Positions 46,075-56,081 of a stretch of 64,000 bases of DNA are shown here, piece after piece. The position numbers and the translations under genes are program-made. The stretch comes from Bdellovibrionales bacterium (GTDB lineage Bacteria; Bdellovibrionota; Bdellovibrionia; Bdellovibrionales; UBA1609). The stretch lies in NCBI GenBank assembly GCA_027317865.1, contig DAHVQG010000002.1, positions 128,001-192,000 of the forward strand, written 5' to 3'. Position 1 is the first letter of the stretch. Each line of letters starts with the position of its first letter. The notes beneath the pieces were generated by a model. That model did not search any database and was not told where the DNA came from. It saw only the letters and a list, made by a program, of their open reading frames with translations.

Positions 46075-47513
46075 GCTTCTCTCGCTAGCGGTAAAATCAC
46101 GCGAAATACCGTGCCCGCCCCCACTTCGGAATCAAATTCAATTCGCCCGTGTAATTTTTCAATAATATTTCGGCTCATACTTAACCCCAATCCCGTTCCT
46201 TCGTCGACTGATTTTGTAGTGAAAAAATAATCAAATATTTTGGGGCGAAGTTCCGGCGCAATTCCCGGGCCCGTGTCAGCAACAGACAAAATGGCTTCGT
46301 CACCGCGAGAAATTGTTGAAATTGTAAGACGCCCCGACTCGCCCATCGCTTGGCAAGCGTTTTTTACCAAATTAAACAACACCTGTTGTGTCAACTGGGC
46401 TTCTACAAAAACGGGAACCTCCGGGCGCGCCAACTCAAGAATTAATTCAAATCGCCGGGTCATAATTTTCAACAGTGAAAGCGTTTTATTCACGATTTCG
46501 TTTAAATCCACCCGCGTTTGCTTTTGCTCGTAATCGCCGCTTGAAAATTCGCGCAAATTAGTAATGATGTCTTGACACCGCTCGGCCGCGCGCTCGACTT
46601 CAACGAGATCATTTTTCAAATTTGCCCCCTCATCAGCTTGCGGTATAAGCAATTGTGCCAACGATCGAATTCCGGTTAGCGGATTATTCAACTCATGTGC
46701 AATGTGCCCGGCGAGTTGGCCCAAAGCTGCCATTTTTTCACCTTGTACCAGCTGCTTTTGCAGGCGTACGGCCGCCGTCACGTCCACATAATGATTGATA
46801 ATGGCGGCCGATTTTTCATTTTCTCCAAAGGTAATCGGATAAGAATGAACTTCATATTCCCTGCCATGATGTTCAATACGAGTTTGAAAAAGATAGTTTG
46901 TATCGACGCCCGTAAGTTGATCGGTGAAACTGCGATTGGCACGCAATATCTCTCGACCCGCACCAAAAATTGCCACTGGATCTTGCAGACCGTCAAACGT
47001 GCGCTCCCACATAAGAGAAGCTTCTTTTAAATGCTCTTCAAGAAACAAGCGATCGAGCGAAAGACTCAAGACCTGGGCGCGATGATCAATGAATTCTAAA
47101 AAATCTTTGGTTTCATTTTCTTTAAGTGCGTGCTCAAGATACAATACTCCGCCCACCCGCATTTTTTGCTCATCAAGCCGACGTCTTGACCGCACCGGTA
47201 TGGCAAGCAATCGTGCAAAGGGTCGCCCAAACACATTGGCTAAGTATCGGCTATCGTTCAAATCGTTAAATCGAATATCTTGACTCTGCGACCACGGCGA
47301 CTGCATTTTTGCTTCGTGCACTTCACGTCCGCGATAATAAACCACACGCAAATTCTGCCGAGAGTCGACAAAAGCTAAAATCGGGTCCTTAACTCGAGAA
47401 AAGCTGTGAAGTTCGCGGCGAACGCAACCCATTACGTCGTCGATTGTTTGCGCCGAATCGAGCGCCTCGACAAATTTTGTTAACGTTTTCGATTTTGATC
47501 GACGTGTCGGCAT
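46071..47513 (-). CDS. Cytoplasmic NtrB-type sensor histidine kinase (GAF/PAS-like input)
   Basis: EKMAALGQLAGHIAHELNNPL, NLVKNA, DTGPGI, FFTTK, GTGLGL; no TM segment seen. Confidence 0.93.
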   Translation of the reverse strand: MPTRRSKSKTLTKFVEALDSAQTIDDVMGCVRRELHSFSRVKDPILAFVDSRQNLRVVYYRGREVHEAKMQSPWSQSQDIRFNDLNDSRYLANVFGRPFARLLAIPVRSRRRLDEQKMRVGGVLYLEHALKENETKDFLEFIDHRAQVLSLSLDRLFLEEHLKEASLMWERTFDGLQDPVAIFGAGREILRANRSFTDQLTGVDTNYLFQTRIEHHGREYEVHSYPITFGENEKSAAIINHYVDVTAAVRLQKQLVQGEKMAALGQLAGHIAHELNNPLTGIRSLAQLLIPQADEGANLKNDLVEVERAAERCQDIITNLREFSSGDYEQKQTRVDLNEIVNKTLSLLKIMTRRFELILELARPEVPVFVEAQLTQQVLFNLVKNACQAMGESGRLTISTISRGDEAILSVADTGPGIAPELRPKIFDYFFTTKSVDEGTGLGLSMSRNIIEKLHGRIEFDSEVGAGTVFRVILPLAREA

Positions 47514-47528
47514 GAAGCTCCATTGATT

Positions 47529-48155
47529 TTATCGCGCCTCTCTTTGTCCTACCAACAAATTCCGCCATTTGTCGAGCGACGTTGAAAGTTCGTATTCCAA
47601 CACGTCGGCGAGCAATGACCAGTCTTCGGCTTGAAAGGCCTCGGTTAGTTCTCGTAAAGTGGCAATCATGTGATTTTCGTTTTCTTGCCAATTGTCGCTA
47701 AATTCGGCTGAAGAATTTTGCTCTTTAAGTATCGGCTTTAGCAAAATTAAGGCCTCGGTTAAAATCTGCGTATTTTTAATAACAGCTACAAAGCGGCTCC
47801 GCGCGTCGCTACCCGTTCTCGGATCGCGCTGAAAATTCCCACGATATACGTCGGCTAGGCGTATCACTTCGCTCGATAGAGCCTCTGAAAGCTGAATAAT
47901 TGTTAGAACGGAATTTTTCTTTAATTCGGCAACGCTTTCAGTTTCAACTTCAATTTCGTGTACTGTCGATAATTTAGATTCTGCCAGTCGCACTTCATCT
48001 GCTTCGGTTAAGACCATCCCGTTGACTTTGACTTGGCAAACAACGCGATCTTTCTTTTGCGCCTCGTTTTCGAGCACCTGAATCAGCTCGCAAAGGCGGT
48101 CGCAATTAATATAGGACTGAACGATTTCATCACTCGAAAGTTTTAGGACTTCCAT
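47529..48155 (-). CDS. Helical hypothetical protein of flagellar glycosylation-type loci
   Basis: AAGGAGG before ATG 48155; C-terminal DWSLLADVLEYEL motif. Confidence 0.65.
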   Translation of the reverse strand: MEVLKLSSDEIVQSYINCDRLCELIQVLENEAQKKDRVVCQVKVNGMVLTEADEVRLAESKLSTVHEIEVETESVAELKKNSVLTIIQLSEALSSEVIRLADVYRGNFQRDPRTGSDARSRFVAVIKNTQILTEALILLKPILKEQNSSAEFSDNWQENENHMIATLRELTEAFQAEDWSLLADVLEYELSTSLDKWRNLLVGQREAR

Positions 48156-49578
48156 GATGACCCTCCTTATTGACTTCATTTTCGATTTCGAAATTTAGCC
48201 GGATTGTCTGGCAAATTTCATTCAGTTTAATAAAAAGCGCCTTTGTAGAACGAAGAATGTCTTCAAATTTCCCCGGAGGGATTCTCGACTTTTCAGTTTG
48301 GAACCATCTTACGACGGGTGATAAGTCAAAGGCGAGCTTGCCGACCTCCTCAATGAGAATATCAATCTGGTTTAGTATTTCGGCAGCCGTTGGTTGCGGC
48401 CCTTGATTTTCTAAGGTTTCGATCTGCTGTAAAGCAAGACTTGCAAGTTCCCCAAGCCGTTTGAAGCCAAGCGCGTTTATATTTGATAAAACCCTCGGCC
48501 AATCCGAATCGCCGTAAAGTGCGCGAATCAGATTCCACGAAAATTCGTCTTCTTCGTAACCGACCAAATCATAAATTACCCCAAATCGTTCAGCCTTTAA
48601 AATGACGGGCCACTTGGAATATGTGGCAGTTAACATGCAGACAACTTCTTGCGTGACTCGTTCAACATCGCAAGCTCCAGGCGATTCATACCAAATCACG
48701 CGACTGCCAGGGGCGCGCGGCCCCGTCTCCCAGAAGCGAACACCTTGAAATGACAAATTGAGGGTCGGCGTCTTAGTCAGAGTGGCAATATGGAGTCCGA
48801 CGCTATCGCAGCCGATAAATATTTTGGCGTCGGATAGGATTTGATACAAATCGTGCAAGCTCGTCTGCCCAACGCGATTTGTAACGTTTGTCAAAGACGC
48901 AAGTTTCGCCGCAAATGTTTCGTCGAGGTCGCACGCGGCGCCCACAAGCGTTACCTGTTCATCTGTGACTTTAGTTAGTTTATCTATAAGTTCAACCCAT
49001 CGTGCCGGCGGCAAATTCTTAAATTTTTGACTTGCGCCAATCTGCACAACAATGCCGGAGCGCGGCCTGGTCACCACCCCTTCGGGCGGGCGAAAATCTT
49101 CGTCGCTGAGTTGTGTTTGCGCCACCATGGCGAACACATCGGTTAAATGAATTCTATTGGAGCGATCGTTGCCGACCTGCGCGTAAAAGTAGCCGCTTGC
49201 CTCATCAGGAATAGCAAGATATCCGTCGGAATGCCGCGAATATCCCGAAACTTCATTTGCGCCAATTAGATCCGTTAGATAGCTTGATGCGGGCGAAAAT
49301 GAGAAATTGATGACCCGGTCGTATCCCCTCAAATTATGTTCAGATACCCAATCGTCGATAAGGTGGAGCGCTGTATTGGTGTCCTGCGCGAACCAGCTTT
49401 CAGTCGGTAATATAATGAGTCTGTTAATCACATCGAGACCGTCGGCCGCTTGCGCGAATCGTGAGCGAACGACCAAATCGATTTCGGCGTCGCCGAATTG
49501 CCGCCGCAAAGCTCTTAGCACGGGCCAAGTCTGATAGATATCACCGAGCCGCGCGAGTTGAAGGCAAAGAATTTTCAT
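48130..49578 (-). CDS. Glycosyltransferase family 9 protein with helical C-terminal extension
   Basis: LQLARLGDI, QIGASQKFK, IGCDSVGLHIA, ETGP. Confidence 0.88.
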   Translation of the reverse strand: MKILCLQLARLGDIYQTWPVLRALRRQFGDAEIDLVVRSRFAQAADGLDVINRLIILPTESWFAQDTNTALHLIDDWVSEHNLRGYDRVINFSFSPASSYLTDLIGANEVSGYSRHSDGYLAIPDEASGYFYAQVGNDRSNRIHLTDVFAMVAQTQLSDEDFRPPEGVVTRPRSGIVVQIGASQKFKNLPPARWVELIDKLTKVTDEQVTLVGAACDLDETFAAKLASLTNVTNRVGQTSLHDLYQILSDAKIFIGCDSVGLHIATLTKTPTLNLSFQGVRFWETGPRAPGSRVIWYESPGACDVERVTQEVVCMLTATYSKWPVILKAERFGVIYDLVGYEEDEFSWNLIRALYGDSDWPRVLSNINALGFKRLGELASLALQQIETLENQGPQPTAAEILNQIDILIEEVGKLAFDLSPVVRWFQTEKSRIPPGKFEDILRSTKALFIKLNEICQTIRLNFEIENEVNKEGHHGSPKTFE

Positions 49579-49741
49579 CTTGAATTTGCTCCCTCATAAG
49601 TTCGAGCAAAAAACGCATTTTTTTTATTTCGTCTGAGTAACCGTCTTTTTGATACGCTTGTTCAATATCTGCCTCTAGTTTTCTAAGGGAGCGCGAAAAT
49701 TGAGCTTGAATGGATTCGCTAGACCTTTCATTTTCGGTCAT
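49541..49741 (-). CDS. Small hypothetical protein
   Basis: Fills the gap between the two GT9 genes with ATGA coupling and GGAG RBS. Confidence 0.55.
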   Translation of the reverse strand: MTENERSSESIQAQFSRSLRKLEADIEQAYQKDGYSDEIKKMRFLLELMREQIQDENSLPSTRAAR

Positions 49742-51417
49742 ATGGGCTCCAGCGCGATTTGGCGGAACGTGCGCAATAACTTCAGTTTAATTTTTTGCTG
49801 AGCCAAAGCTTCGCTAAGAGAACCTTGCAAACGCCGAACGCGGTAAAGGCCTAAATCGGGGCGCAATTTCAAATTTTCGCTTAAGAAATGTCCAAGTTTA
49901 AGATCCGACTCAAGCTGACTCAATTCTTCGGCTAATTCATCACCTATAAAATCCATTGAATTAATCTCGGATGCAAATCGAATCTTGTGATTCATTTCGC
50001 TGATGGCACGCTCTAACCGGCTCTCGCGTTCGCGCGTGCTTTTCTCGATAACGTCGATATTGGGCAAAAGGCGCTCTTCAATAGATGATTGGTCGGTCGC
50101 CGTTTCGATCCAATTTTTAAACCTGACGCTCTCTGTACCGTATGCGCCAAGAATTTGCTCGTGTTGCCGATTCAACAAAAACCTCCAGGCCACACGGTCA
50201 AAGTATGATGCGACTTGCCCCTCGATTATGTCTGTGTCGAGATCAACGGGTAACCAAAATCCGCCGAGATCGGTAGACGCTTTTGTAAACCTCATTGTGT
50301 CACTGTATTCGCGCGCCAGTACTTTTAACGACATCCAGTCTTTTTGAATGAATTTGCTGATTGCAAGACCCACGGCTTGCGCGTCGATTTTTGCCGCGCA
50401 CGCATGATGATCTCGATGACACGGCGACGAGTGCGGACAGGGTGCGCAAGATTCGCGGCTCGAAATTAAAAGCGATCCGTTTTTGTAGGCCCCCGTTCGC
50501 GAAATGTCAGCACTGCCGACTGCAATCTCAACAATTCTGGTGGGAGTTAAATTCGCAAGATGTTTAATGCTTGTGTCGCCCGTTACAATAACGTCGGCCA
50601 CTTGCAAAAGCGAAAAAACACCTTCAAGGCTCATGGCGGCAAGGTCAATCTGAATATGGTTAGCCTGCGCGACGCTTTGGAATTTTTCGAGCCGGCGCTT
50701 TTCGTTCGGCGCGCCGAGTACTATAAATTGCGAGTCGGGCAAGTTGAGTTTGATGGTCTCAAGTGCTTTGATCCATGAAGAAGACGGCCAATTTTTTTTT
50801 GCGTCACTTGTAAATATTTGAAGCAATATTTTTGGACCGCCCTTGAACGAGTGAAAGCGCAGCCACTCTTCAAGTTCTTCTTTGCCTTTTTTGGTTTCGG
50901 CGGGTGTTGCGCGCGCAAAATTCAATTCGAGATCGCAAACGCTGCCGAATTTAAATATGTCCGAATAGTGAAAACCCAGTTGTGCGCCAGCACCCATCAC
51001 GTCGTTAAGATACCGAAACCATGGCGAACCAAACGACGCCTGCCCGCGGTGATTGATAACCATTCCAAGCTTTTCATTGGCCTCAACCGCAGCCGCTATA
51101 TATCCGCTAAATTTTGTTTGCGTAAGATTAATGATCGTATCGTACTTTTCGGAATTTAAACGGTCGACCAGTGATTTTAACCTATCAAGCGATTCAAAAA
51201 TGGGCCGGTCCGATCGCACCAAACCCTGCTGGAGGAGTTCACGGTCAATCGCATAGACTCGATGAACAGCAGGCAAAAACGAAACTACGCGCTCAACCCC
51301 TTTATTTACAAGTAAATCAATTTGCGCCGACGGATTTTTTGCCCGAATGGCGTCCAAGGCGTCTGCCGCCAAAAGTGCGTCACCCAAGCGCAATAAACTT
51401 AGAACCAATATTTTCAC
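49738..51417 (-). CDS. Glycosyltransferase family 9 protein with Cys cluster and helical C-terminal extension
   Basis: LSLLRLGDA, KKNWP, VTGDTSIKHLA, CAPC....C......C. Confidence 0.88.
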   Translation of the reverse strand: MKILVLSLLRLGDALLAADALDAIRAKNPSAQIDLLVNKGVERVVSFLPAVHRVYAIDRELLQQGLVRSDRPIFESLDRLKSLVDRLNSEKYDTIINLTQTKFSGYIAAAVEANEKLGMVINHRGQASFGSPWFRYLNDVMGAGAQLGFHYSDIFKFGSVCDLELNFARATPAETKKGKEELEEWLRFHSFKGGPKILLQIFTSDAKKNWPSSSWIKALETIKLNLPDSQFIVLGAPNEKRRLEKFQSVAQANHIQIDLAAMSLEGVFSLLQVADVIVTGDTSIKHLANLTPTRIVEIAVGSADISRTGAYKNGSLLISSRESCAPCPHSSPCHRDHHACAAKIDAQAVGLAISKFIQKDWMSLKVLAREYSDTMRFTKASTDLGGFWLPVDLDTDIIEGQVASYFDRVAWRFLLNRQHEQILGAYGTESVRFKNWIETATDQSSIEERLLPNIDVIEKSTRERESRLERAISEMNHKIRFASEINSMDFIGDELAEELSQLESDLKLGHFLSENLKLRPDLGLYRVRRLQGSLSEALAQQKIKLKLLRTFRQIALEPI

Positions 51418-52022
51418 GCGATCAGTTCCCCCAAAGCTCGAACGAGTAAAACGTCGGATTGCTCCGCATGAGGCGACAGTGCCGCCATAATGTTTTTTAT
51501 AGAAATCCGCTCCTCATCGATTTGATGAACGCGTGAAAGTTGCGGCATTTGTTCGAACAGTGTTGAAAGTTCGGGACGGCATTTGAGTAGCGCCGCAAAA
51601 CTGATCTGCGTACGGCCAGAAATTAGCCCCTCAATCTCATCGTAAAACTCGGGGTCGCTAGCGGTCGCCGGCAGATATCGCGCAATTGTATAACTTTGCT
51701 TTACAAATTCAAAAATGGTGGTTGAAGATTTCGAACCCGGTCGCGCAAACAATTCACCCGGTGTACGAAGTGCTAAAAATTGTACTTCTGTCAATTCGAG
51801 TGCAAATCGTTTACGGCATTCGCGCCAATTTTCTGCATTTTTGTCGATAACGAGAATCTTCGACGGCGGAAAAATTTCAACGAGCCGCGCCAGGTGGTCG
51901 CCGCTGCCACATCCAACAACAATGAGGCGTGATATTCCACGCAGCTGAGGGGTGATACGCTGAATCCATCCGTGCGCATCAACCATTTTTGTGCCCTTGG
52001 GCAGTCGAGGCGTTACCCGCAC
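51414..52022 (-). CDS. Hypothetical Rossmann-like protein (Maf N-terminal-like)
   Basis: LIVVGCGSGDHL...KILVID motif; coupled to the GT9 gene. Confidence 0.55.
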   Translation of the reverse strand: MRVTPRLPKGTKMVDAHGWIQRITPQLRGISRLIVVGCGSGDHLARLVEIFPPSKILVIDKNAENWRECRKRFALELTEVQFLALRTPGELFARPGSKSSTTIFEFVKQSYTIARYLPATASDPEFYDEIEGLISGRTQISFAALLKCRPELSTLFEQMPQLSRVHQIDEERISIKNIMAALSPHAEQSDVLLVRALGELIA

Positions 52023-53106
52023 GGCGAGATGCGATTTCGTCCTGGATTACATTCAAAACATCCGTTGCGCCTTCGAGCATGGGCTCCAGGTAAAGTGTCT
52101 TTTCAATCTCAACTAGCGCGGCATCGAGACGGCCGGAAAAGTACAAGAATTTTGCGTACCACATTGACACCATCGCGTGATCAGGGCGATTTTGCAAAAA
52201 GCGGTCAAGATAACGAATGGCGCGCTCGACCTCCATATCCTTCATTGCCCATTCACAGAGCAAGCGTATCGCGGATTCATTGTCTGAATTGATATCGAGG
52301 GCTTTTTCTAAATTCGCCCATGCGAGTTCGACGTCCCCGTATTTTCGGTGAATCATTGCGAGCCCGACCCATGCCTTGTCGTTTCGGTCATTGATCGACA
52401 CCGCTTCGCGAAAGCGGTCCAGCGCTCGATTTGAATCTCCGCGATAAAGTTCAAGTGAACCAAAATTGGTTAAAAGAGCGTCTGAATCCGGATCGATTGT
52501 GTACGCCTTGTTGTAAGACTCTTCTGCGCCGGCTACATCACCGAGTCGTAATTGCACGTTACCCATATTTTTGAAAACGTGAAAAAGCGTTTTTTCTTCT
52601 TCGACGTTTGCAGTCAGCACTTTTAAATACATGGCCAAAGCGTCTTCATTATATTCAAGCGCATAGTATTCATCGGCCAACAGAAGACAATTTGCCGCGC
52701 TCAGGTGAGATTGAACTAATTGCTTCAATACTTGTATCGCCTCATCGTGCCGCCCTAACTGTCGAGCGCATTCGGCAACACCACGAATGGCGACTTCACT
52801 TTTGCTGTCGATCTTTAAAATTGCTCGAAATAAATCGTGCGCGAGACGATATTCGTGTTCGCGCATAAGCGCCCGCGCATTGACTATAGCTTCTGAGATA
52901 TCGGCGCCCGAGCTTCGACTTAACTCAAACCGAGAGTCATTTTTATTTTTTTGCTCTAAAATAAATTCGGCATCGAATTCGGCCAGCGCCTGCTTACGCA
53001 AATTTAGCGGCCGCGCCAAAAGCGAGGGCCGTGATAAATCTGAACTTTCGTCGACGACATCGAATGAAAAATTTTTTTGTGGTAAATCTGACTCTGGTCT
53101 AGTCAT
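51979..53106 (-). CDS. Tetratricopeptide repeat protein
   Basis: Multiple TPRs (NMGNVQLRLGD..AEESYNKAYTIDP; AWVGLAM..A..NLEKALDIN). Confidence 0.9.
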   Translation of the reverse strand: MTRPESDLPQKNFSFDVVDESSDLSRPSLLARPLNLRKQALAEFDAEFILEQKNKNDSRFELSRSSGADISEAIVNARALMREHEYRLAHDLFRAILKIDSKSEVAIRGVAECARQLGRHDEAIQVLKQLVQSHLSAANCLLLADEYYALEYNEDALAMYLKVLTANVEEEKTLFHVFKNMGNVQLRLGDVAGAEESYNKAYTIDPDSDALLTNFGSLELYRGDSNRALDRFREAVSINDRNDKAWVGLAMIHRKYGDVELAWANLEKALDINSDNESAIRLLCEWAMKDMEVERAIRYLDRFLQNRPDHAMVSMWYAKFLYFSGRLDAALVEIEKTLYLEPMLEGATDVLNVIQDEIASRRAGNASTAQGHKNG

Positions 53107-53136
53107 CTGGCGGGCTCCTTATTTAATGAAACAAGG

Positions 53137-53152
53137 AGCAACTTAAATGCCA
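53137..53152 (-). promoter_or_regulatory. sigma54 (-24/-12) promoter for the TPR-GT9 operon
   Basis: Minus strand TGGCAT-TTAAG-TTGCT, near consensus TGGCAC-N5-TTGCW. Confidence 0.8.
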
Positions 53153-53193
53153 GGTCTCAACCGCTTCTAATTTCAAGAAGAGAACGACTATCA

Positions 53194-53240
53194 GTCGATT
53201 TATTGACTAACCATACAGACTGGCCTGTCATCATTTTGTC
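53194..53240. promoter_or_regulatory. Two FleQ-box-like enhancer sites
   Basis: Minus strand GTCAATAAATCGAC (53194-53207) and GACAAAATGATGAC (53227-53240), 33 bp apart. Confidence 0.6.
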
Positions 53241-53248
53241 GCTTAATT

Positions 53249-53701
53249 TTATACTTTTTCGCTCAGCCGCGATTTGTTGTTGCCGGAGTGATACGCGCCA
53301 ATCGCTTTTTTTGCGCTGCGGACTTGAGTCAATTCCTTAATAATTTCAGATTTTGCTGTTTCGAGAACCGAAAGAATATTCAAATCCTGTTCTAATATTT
53401 GCGTAACGAGAATATTTTTATGCTCCAACGCTTCCATCACTGATTTCTTGAGTGCTAAATCAATCTTTGACTGATCGCCTTCTGTTTGATTTACCCGCTC
53501 CAACATTTCATCAAGCTTTCGGATGATGTCTAAAATCCCTTCGCGCGTTTTGTAAAATTCTTCAAGATCAGAAAAGTCATCGGCCTTGAACTTTTCGAGC
53601 GCCGACTCATTTAGCCGATAAAAATCTTCAAGATGCATATTCTTTTCTTCTAATATGTCTATTGATGAGTTCACCTTTGCTCCTTGGCTAAGCCGATTCA
53701 C
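53249..53701 (-). CDS. FliT/FlgN-like flagellar chaperone
   Basis: All-helical, ends ..KAIGAY; directly after fliS; start uncertain. Confidence 0.6.
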   Translation of the reverse strand: MNRLSQGAKVNSSIDILEEKNMHLEDFYRLNESALEKFKADDFSDLEEFYKTREGILDIIRKLDEMLERVNQTEGDQSKIDLALKKSVMEALEHKNILVTQILEQDLNILSVLETAKSEIIKELTQVRSAKKAIGAYHSGNNKSRLSEKV

Positions 53702-54086
53702 CCATTTTTCGTTCTGTTTTTAATTTTTCGATCGCCTGCGACCATCCATTATAAAGAATTTCCAGAATTCTAAGCGCGTCTTCGAGATGTTTAACCTTGC
53801 CCGAAATATTGGCCTGCACATATTGGTCGGAAATAAACATATAAAGTTGTTCTAAATTTTTTCCGAGATCGGGGCTTATTTTATGATTAAGAGTATTGTT
53901 GAGCTCGCTAATGATGTCGTAGGCTCGACCTATGTAATACCCGCGATCAGAGATATTATTTGCTTCGCATGCTTGAATCGCTTGCTTTGTAAAGCGGATT
54001 GCCGCCTCAAACAAAAGCAGCAGGATTTTTTCACGGCTTGCCGTTTGAACAGACTGGTTTTTATATTTTTTATGTGCATCCTTCAT
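53688..54086 (-). CDS. fliS: Flagellin export chaperone FliS
   Basis: Y..QSVQTAS, LLFEAAIRF, IISEL..TL, NLEQLY.F. Confidence 0.95.
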   Translation of the reverse strand: MKDAHKKYKNQSVQTASREKILLLLFEAAIRFTKQAIQACEANNISDRGYYIGRAYDIISELNNTLNHKISPDLGKNLEQLYMFISDQYVQANISGKVKHLEDALRILEILYNGWSQAIEKLKTERKMGESA

Positions 54087-54111
54087 TTACTAAGCGTCTC
54101 CATCTCTATTT

Positions 54112-54138
54112 TTATCGGCCCCCTTGCCGACATCTTTA
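54112..54138 (-). promoter_or_regulatory. sigma28 promoter for fliS
   Basis: Exact TAAA-N15-GCCGATAA; the -35 overlaps the fliD stop codon. Confidence 0.85.
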
Positions 54139-55521
54139 TGACTGAATGCTCATGCCGCTTAAATTCGGACCTTTGAAGGTCGCCGGCGCCATGGACGCGA
54201 TCGACGATCCTTGTTGTTTCAACTGCCCCATTGTCTGTTCAAGCCGGGCGAACTTCTCACGAAGCATTTGCGCTTTCTGCGCAAGCAAACGCTGCTGTTG
54301 AGCAATGTTTTGGTCCATTTGTGTAATTTCGTCTCTCAAGGATTGTTTTTTGTCTTCAATGGGACCATACCCCATAGCCGTCAGATTCATTACTGTCTGA
54401 TGCAGCAAGGGCGCAAAGCCCGTAGTTACGCCATTACCCGCAAAGAAATCTTTTACGGCGTCAGGTGACTTGGCCAGTGCCGATTTGAATTTGTCTGCAT
54501 TCAGCTTCAAAGTTCCACCTCTGGTGAAATGAATTCCAAGTTGCCAAAGATAATTTATTGGCCCGACGCCATACTGCGGTCGTTCGATGAGGTCTGTTAA
54601 CTGGCTTTGGACTTCATTTAAAAGAAAATCGCCGCCCAACGTCTTAGAAGTGTCAGTGTACCGGTTCAAATGGTTTTGCGATTGTATGAAGCCTAGGACG
54701 TCATTCATCGACTTCACAAATGTCGTAATTTTTGCGCTGACTTTTGCGGCGTTGGCTTTAACGGTTAAATTAACCGTACGCCCCGGTGCCGCTTGAAGTA
54801 AGTTGAGCGTAACTCCGGGAATAACATCCGACACTGAGTTACTGTCGGTTTGAAATTTGAATCCATCAACTTTAATAATTCCGTTTTTTGCGGGCCGCTG
54901 TTTGTCGATGTAGATGTCACGATCGCCATCCAAAAAATAAAGCGTCGGATATCCAACCTTCTTGTCGCCACCCACGCCGTTTCCGGTAATCATTAACCTG
55001 AACGGATCTTTTGGGTTTGTATGGTCTTCGACGACGGACGCCGTAACACCAATATCGGCGTTATTAATCGCATCCGCGGCACCCTGAAGCGTATCGTTTG
55101 AACTGTTGATATAAACACTCTTTTCACCTTTGGGAGTATTAAATCGAAAATACCCAGTGCCGATTTGTGTTTTATTTTTATCCGGGAACCCGTTTGTCAA
55201 AGCGGCCGCTCGTTGAGCAAGTTGGTCCACTTCGAGACTCCAACTTCCCTTTGGCGACGTCGAGTTTGCAGTTCCAGAAATGATCTTGGGGTCTGCGCTA
55301 TCGAGTTCAATGTCATTGAATCCGGTAACTGACGCAAGGTCGCCGAGTGACCCGTCTACCTTATTCACCATATTTCCGAGATAGTTCACCAATTTTAAAC
55401 GGGTTTCGACTTTGGCTTTTTTTGCTTCCATATTTTTGATGGGAATTTTTTCCGCCTTGATGAGATCATCAACTAAATTAGGCGGTAACCCTGTGTTAAT
55501 TCCACCAAATGTAATCCGCAA
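54136..55521 (-). CDS. fliD: Flagellar filament cap protein
   Basis: ITFGGINTGL..LVDDLIKAE, VDQLAQ, SNSVSDVIPGVTLNL, KFARLE. Confidence 0.93.
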   Translation of the reverse strand: MRITFGGINTGLPPNLVDDLIKAEKIPIKNMEAKKAKVETRLKLVNYLGNMVNKVDGSLGDLASVTGFNDIELDSADPKIISGTANSTSPKGSWSLEVDQLAQRAAALTNGFPDKNKTQIGTGYFRFNTPKGEKSVYINSSNDTLQGAADAINNADIGVTASVVEDHTNPKDPFRLMITGNGVGGDKKVGYPTLYFLDGDRDIYIDKQRPAKNGIIKVDGFKFQTDSNSVSDVIPGVTLNLLQAAPGRTVNLTVKANAAKVSAKITTFVKSMNDVLGFIQSQNHLNRYTDTSKTLGGDFLLNEVQSQLTDLIERPQYGVGPINYLWQLGIHFTRGGTLKLNADKFKSALAKSPDAVKDFFAGNGVTTGFAPLLHQTVMNLTAMGYGPIEDKKQSLRDEITQMDQNIAQQQRLLAQKAQMLREKFARLEQTMGQLKQQGSSIASMAPATFKGPNLSGMSIQS

Positions 55522-55573
55522 AGTGCTTCTCCCCTATAACACTATTTTCAACGATTACGCGCAATTTCTGTGA

Positions 55574-55587
55574 GTCAATAATATGTC
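55574..55587. promoter_or_regulatory. FleQ-box-like site upstream of fliD
   Basis: GTCAATAATATGTC (GTCA-N6-TGTC); no matching sigma54 promoter found. Confidence 0.35.
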
Positions 55588-55611
55588 GTGCGACTAGTGG
55601 CGAGGCTGGTT

Positions 55612-55989
55612 TTAGATTGCTCGGTCGAAGATTTGACCGACTTGCTTGTTTTGGTCGTCAATAAGCGCTCTCATTTCCCATTCGACAATACGCCTGACAA
55701 CATGGCCCGATTCGTCTTTGATTAAAAAGACGCGTAAATCCCCGGCTGGTTCGATTTCGATTTTGAGACCATTGGCTTTTAGGCCGGTTAAGTTATCTAA
55801 GTATTCACGAGCGCGTTTCATTTCTTCTTCATTAAGCGGATTTTTGTCAGGTTCTTGGTCGTGGTCCGAACGGCCATTTGGGTCTCGGTCCTCAGAGCTT
55901 GTATCGGTCACTACGCCACGAGAATTGTGCACTCGCTGTAAATCGACCGGTGTAATGGGATTCGAAATCGTCCGTATGTTCACGCTCAT
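55612..55989 (-). CDS. FlaG-like protein
   Basis: Between flagellin and fliD; IKDESGHVVRRI resembles the FlaG D..GEVIRQIP motif; start uncertain. Confidence 0.6.
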   Translation of the reverse strand: MSVNIRTISNPITPVDLQRVHNSRGVVTDTSSEDRDPNGRSDHDQEPDKNPLNEEEMKRAREYLDNLTGLKANGLKIEIEPAGDLRVFLIKDESGHVVRRIVEWEMRALIDDQNKQVGQIFDRAI

Positions 55990-56040
55990 CTTATCGTCTC
56001 GGCCACTAGAACATTCCACGGACTTTTAGCAGGAATTGTG

Positions 56041-56081
56041 TAAAAAAATAAAAATACCCTGGGGCGTGGGGTTCCCCAGGG
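56041..56081 (-). terminator. Intrinsic terminator after flagellin
   Basis: Minus strand CCCTGGGG-N9-CCCCAGGG followed by TATTTTTATTTTTTT. Confidence 0.85.

Noticed and set aside
55991-55998. GACGATAA as a sigma28 -10 for the flaG-like gene
   Set aside because: No TAAA at 15-16 bp spacing, and it abuts the start codon.
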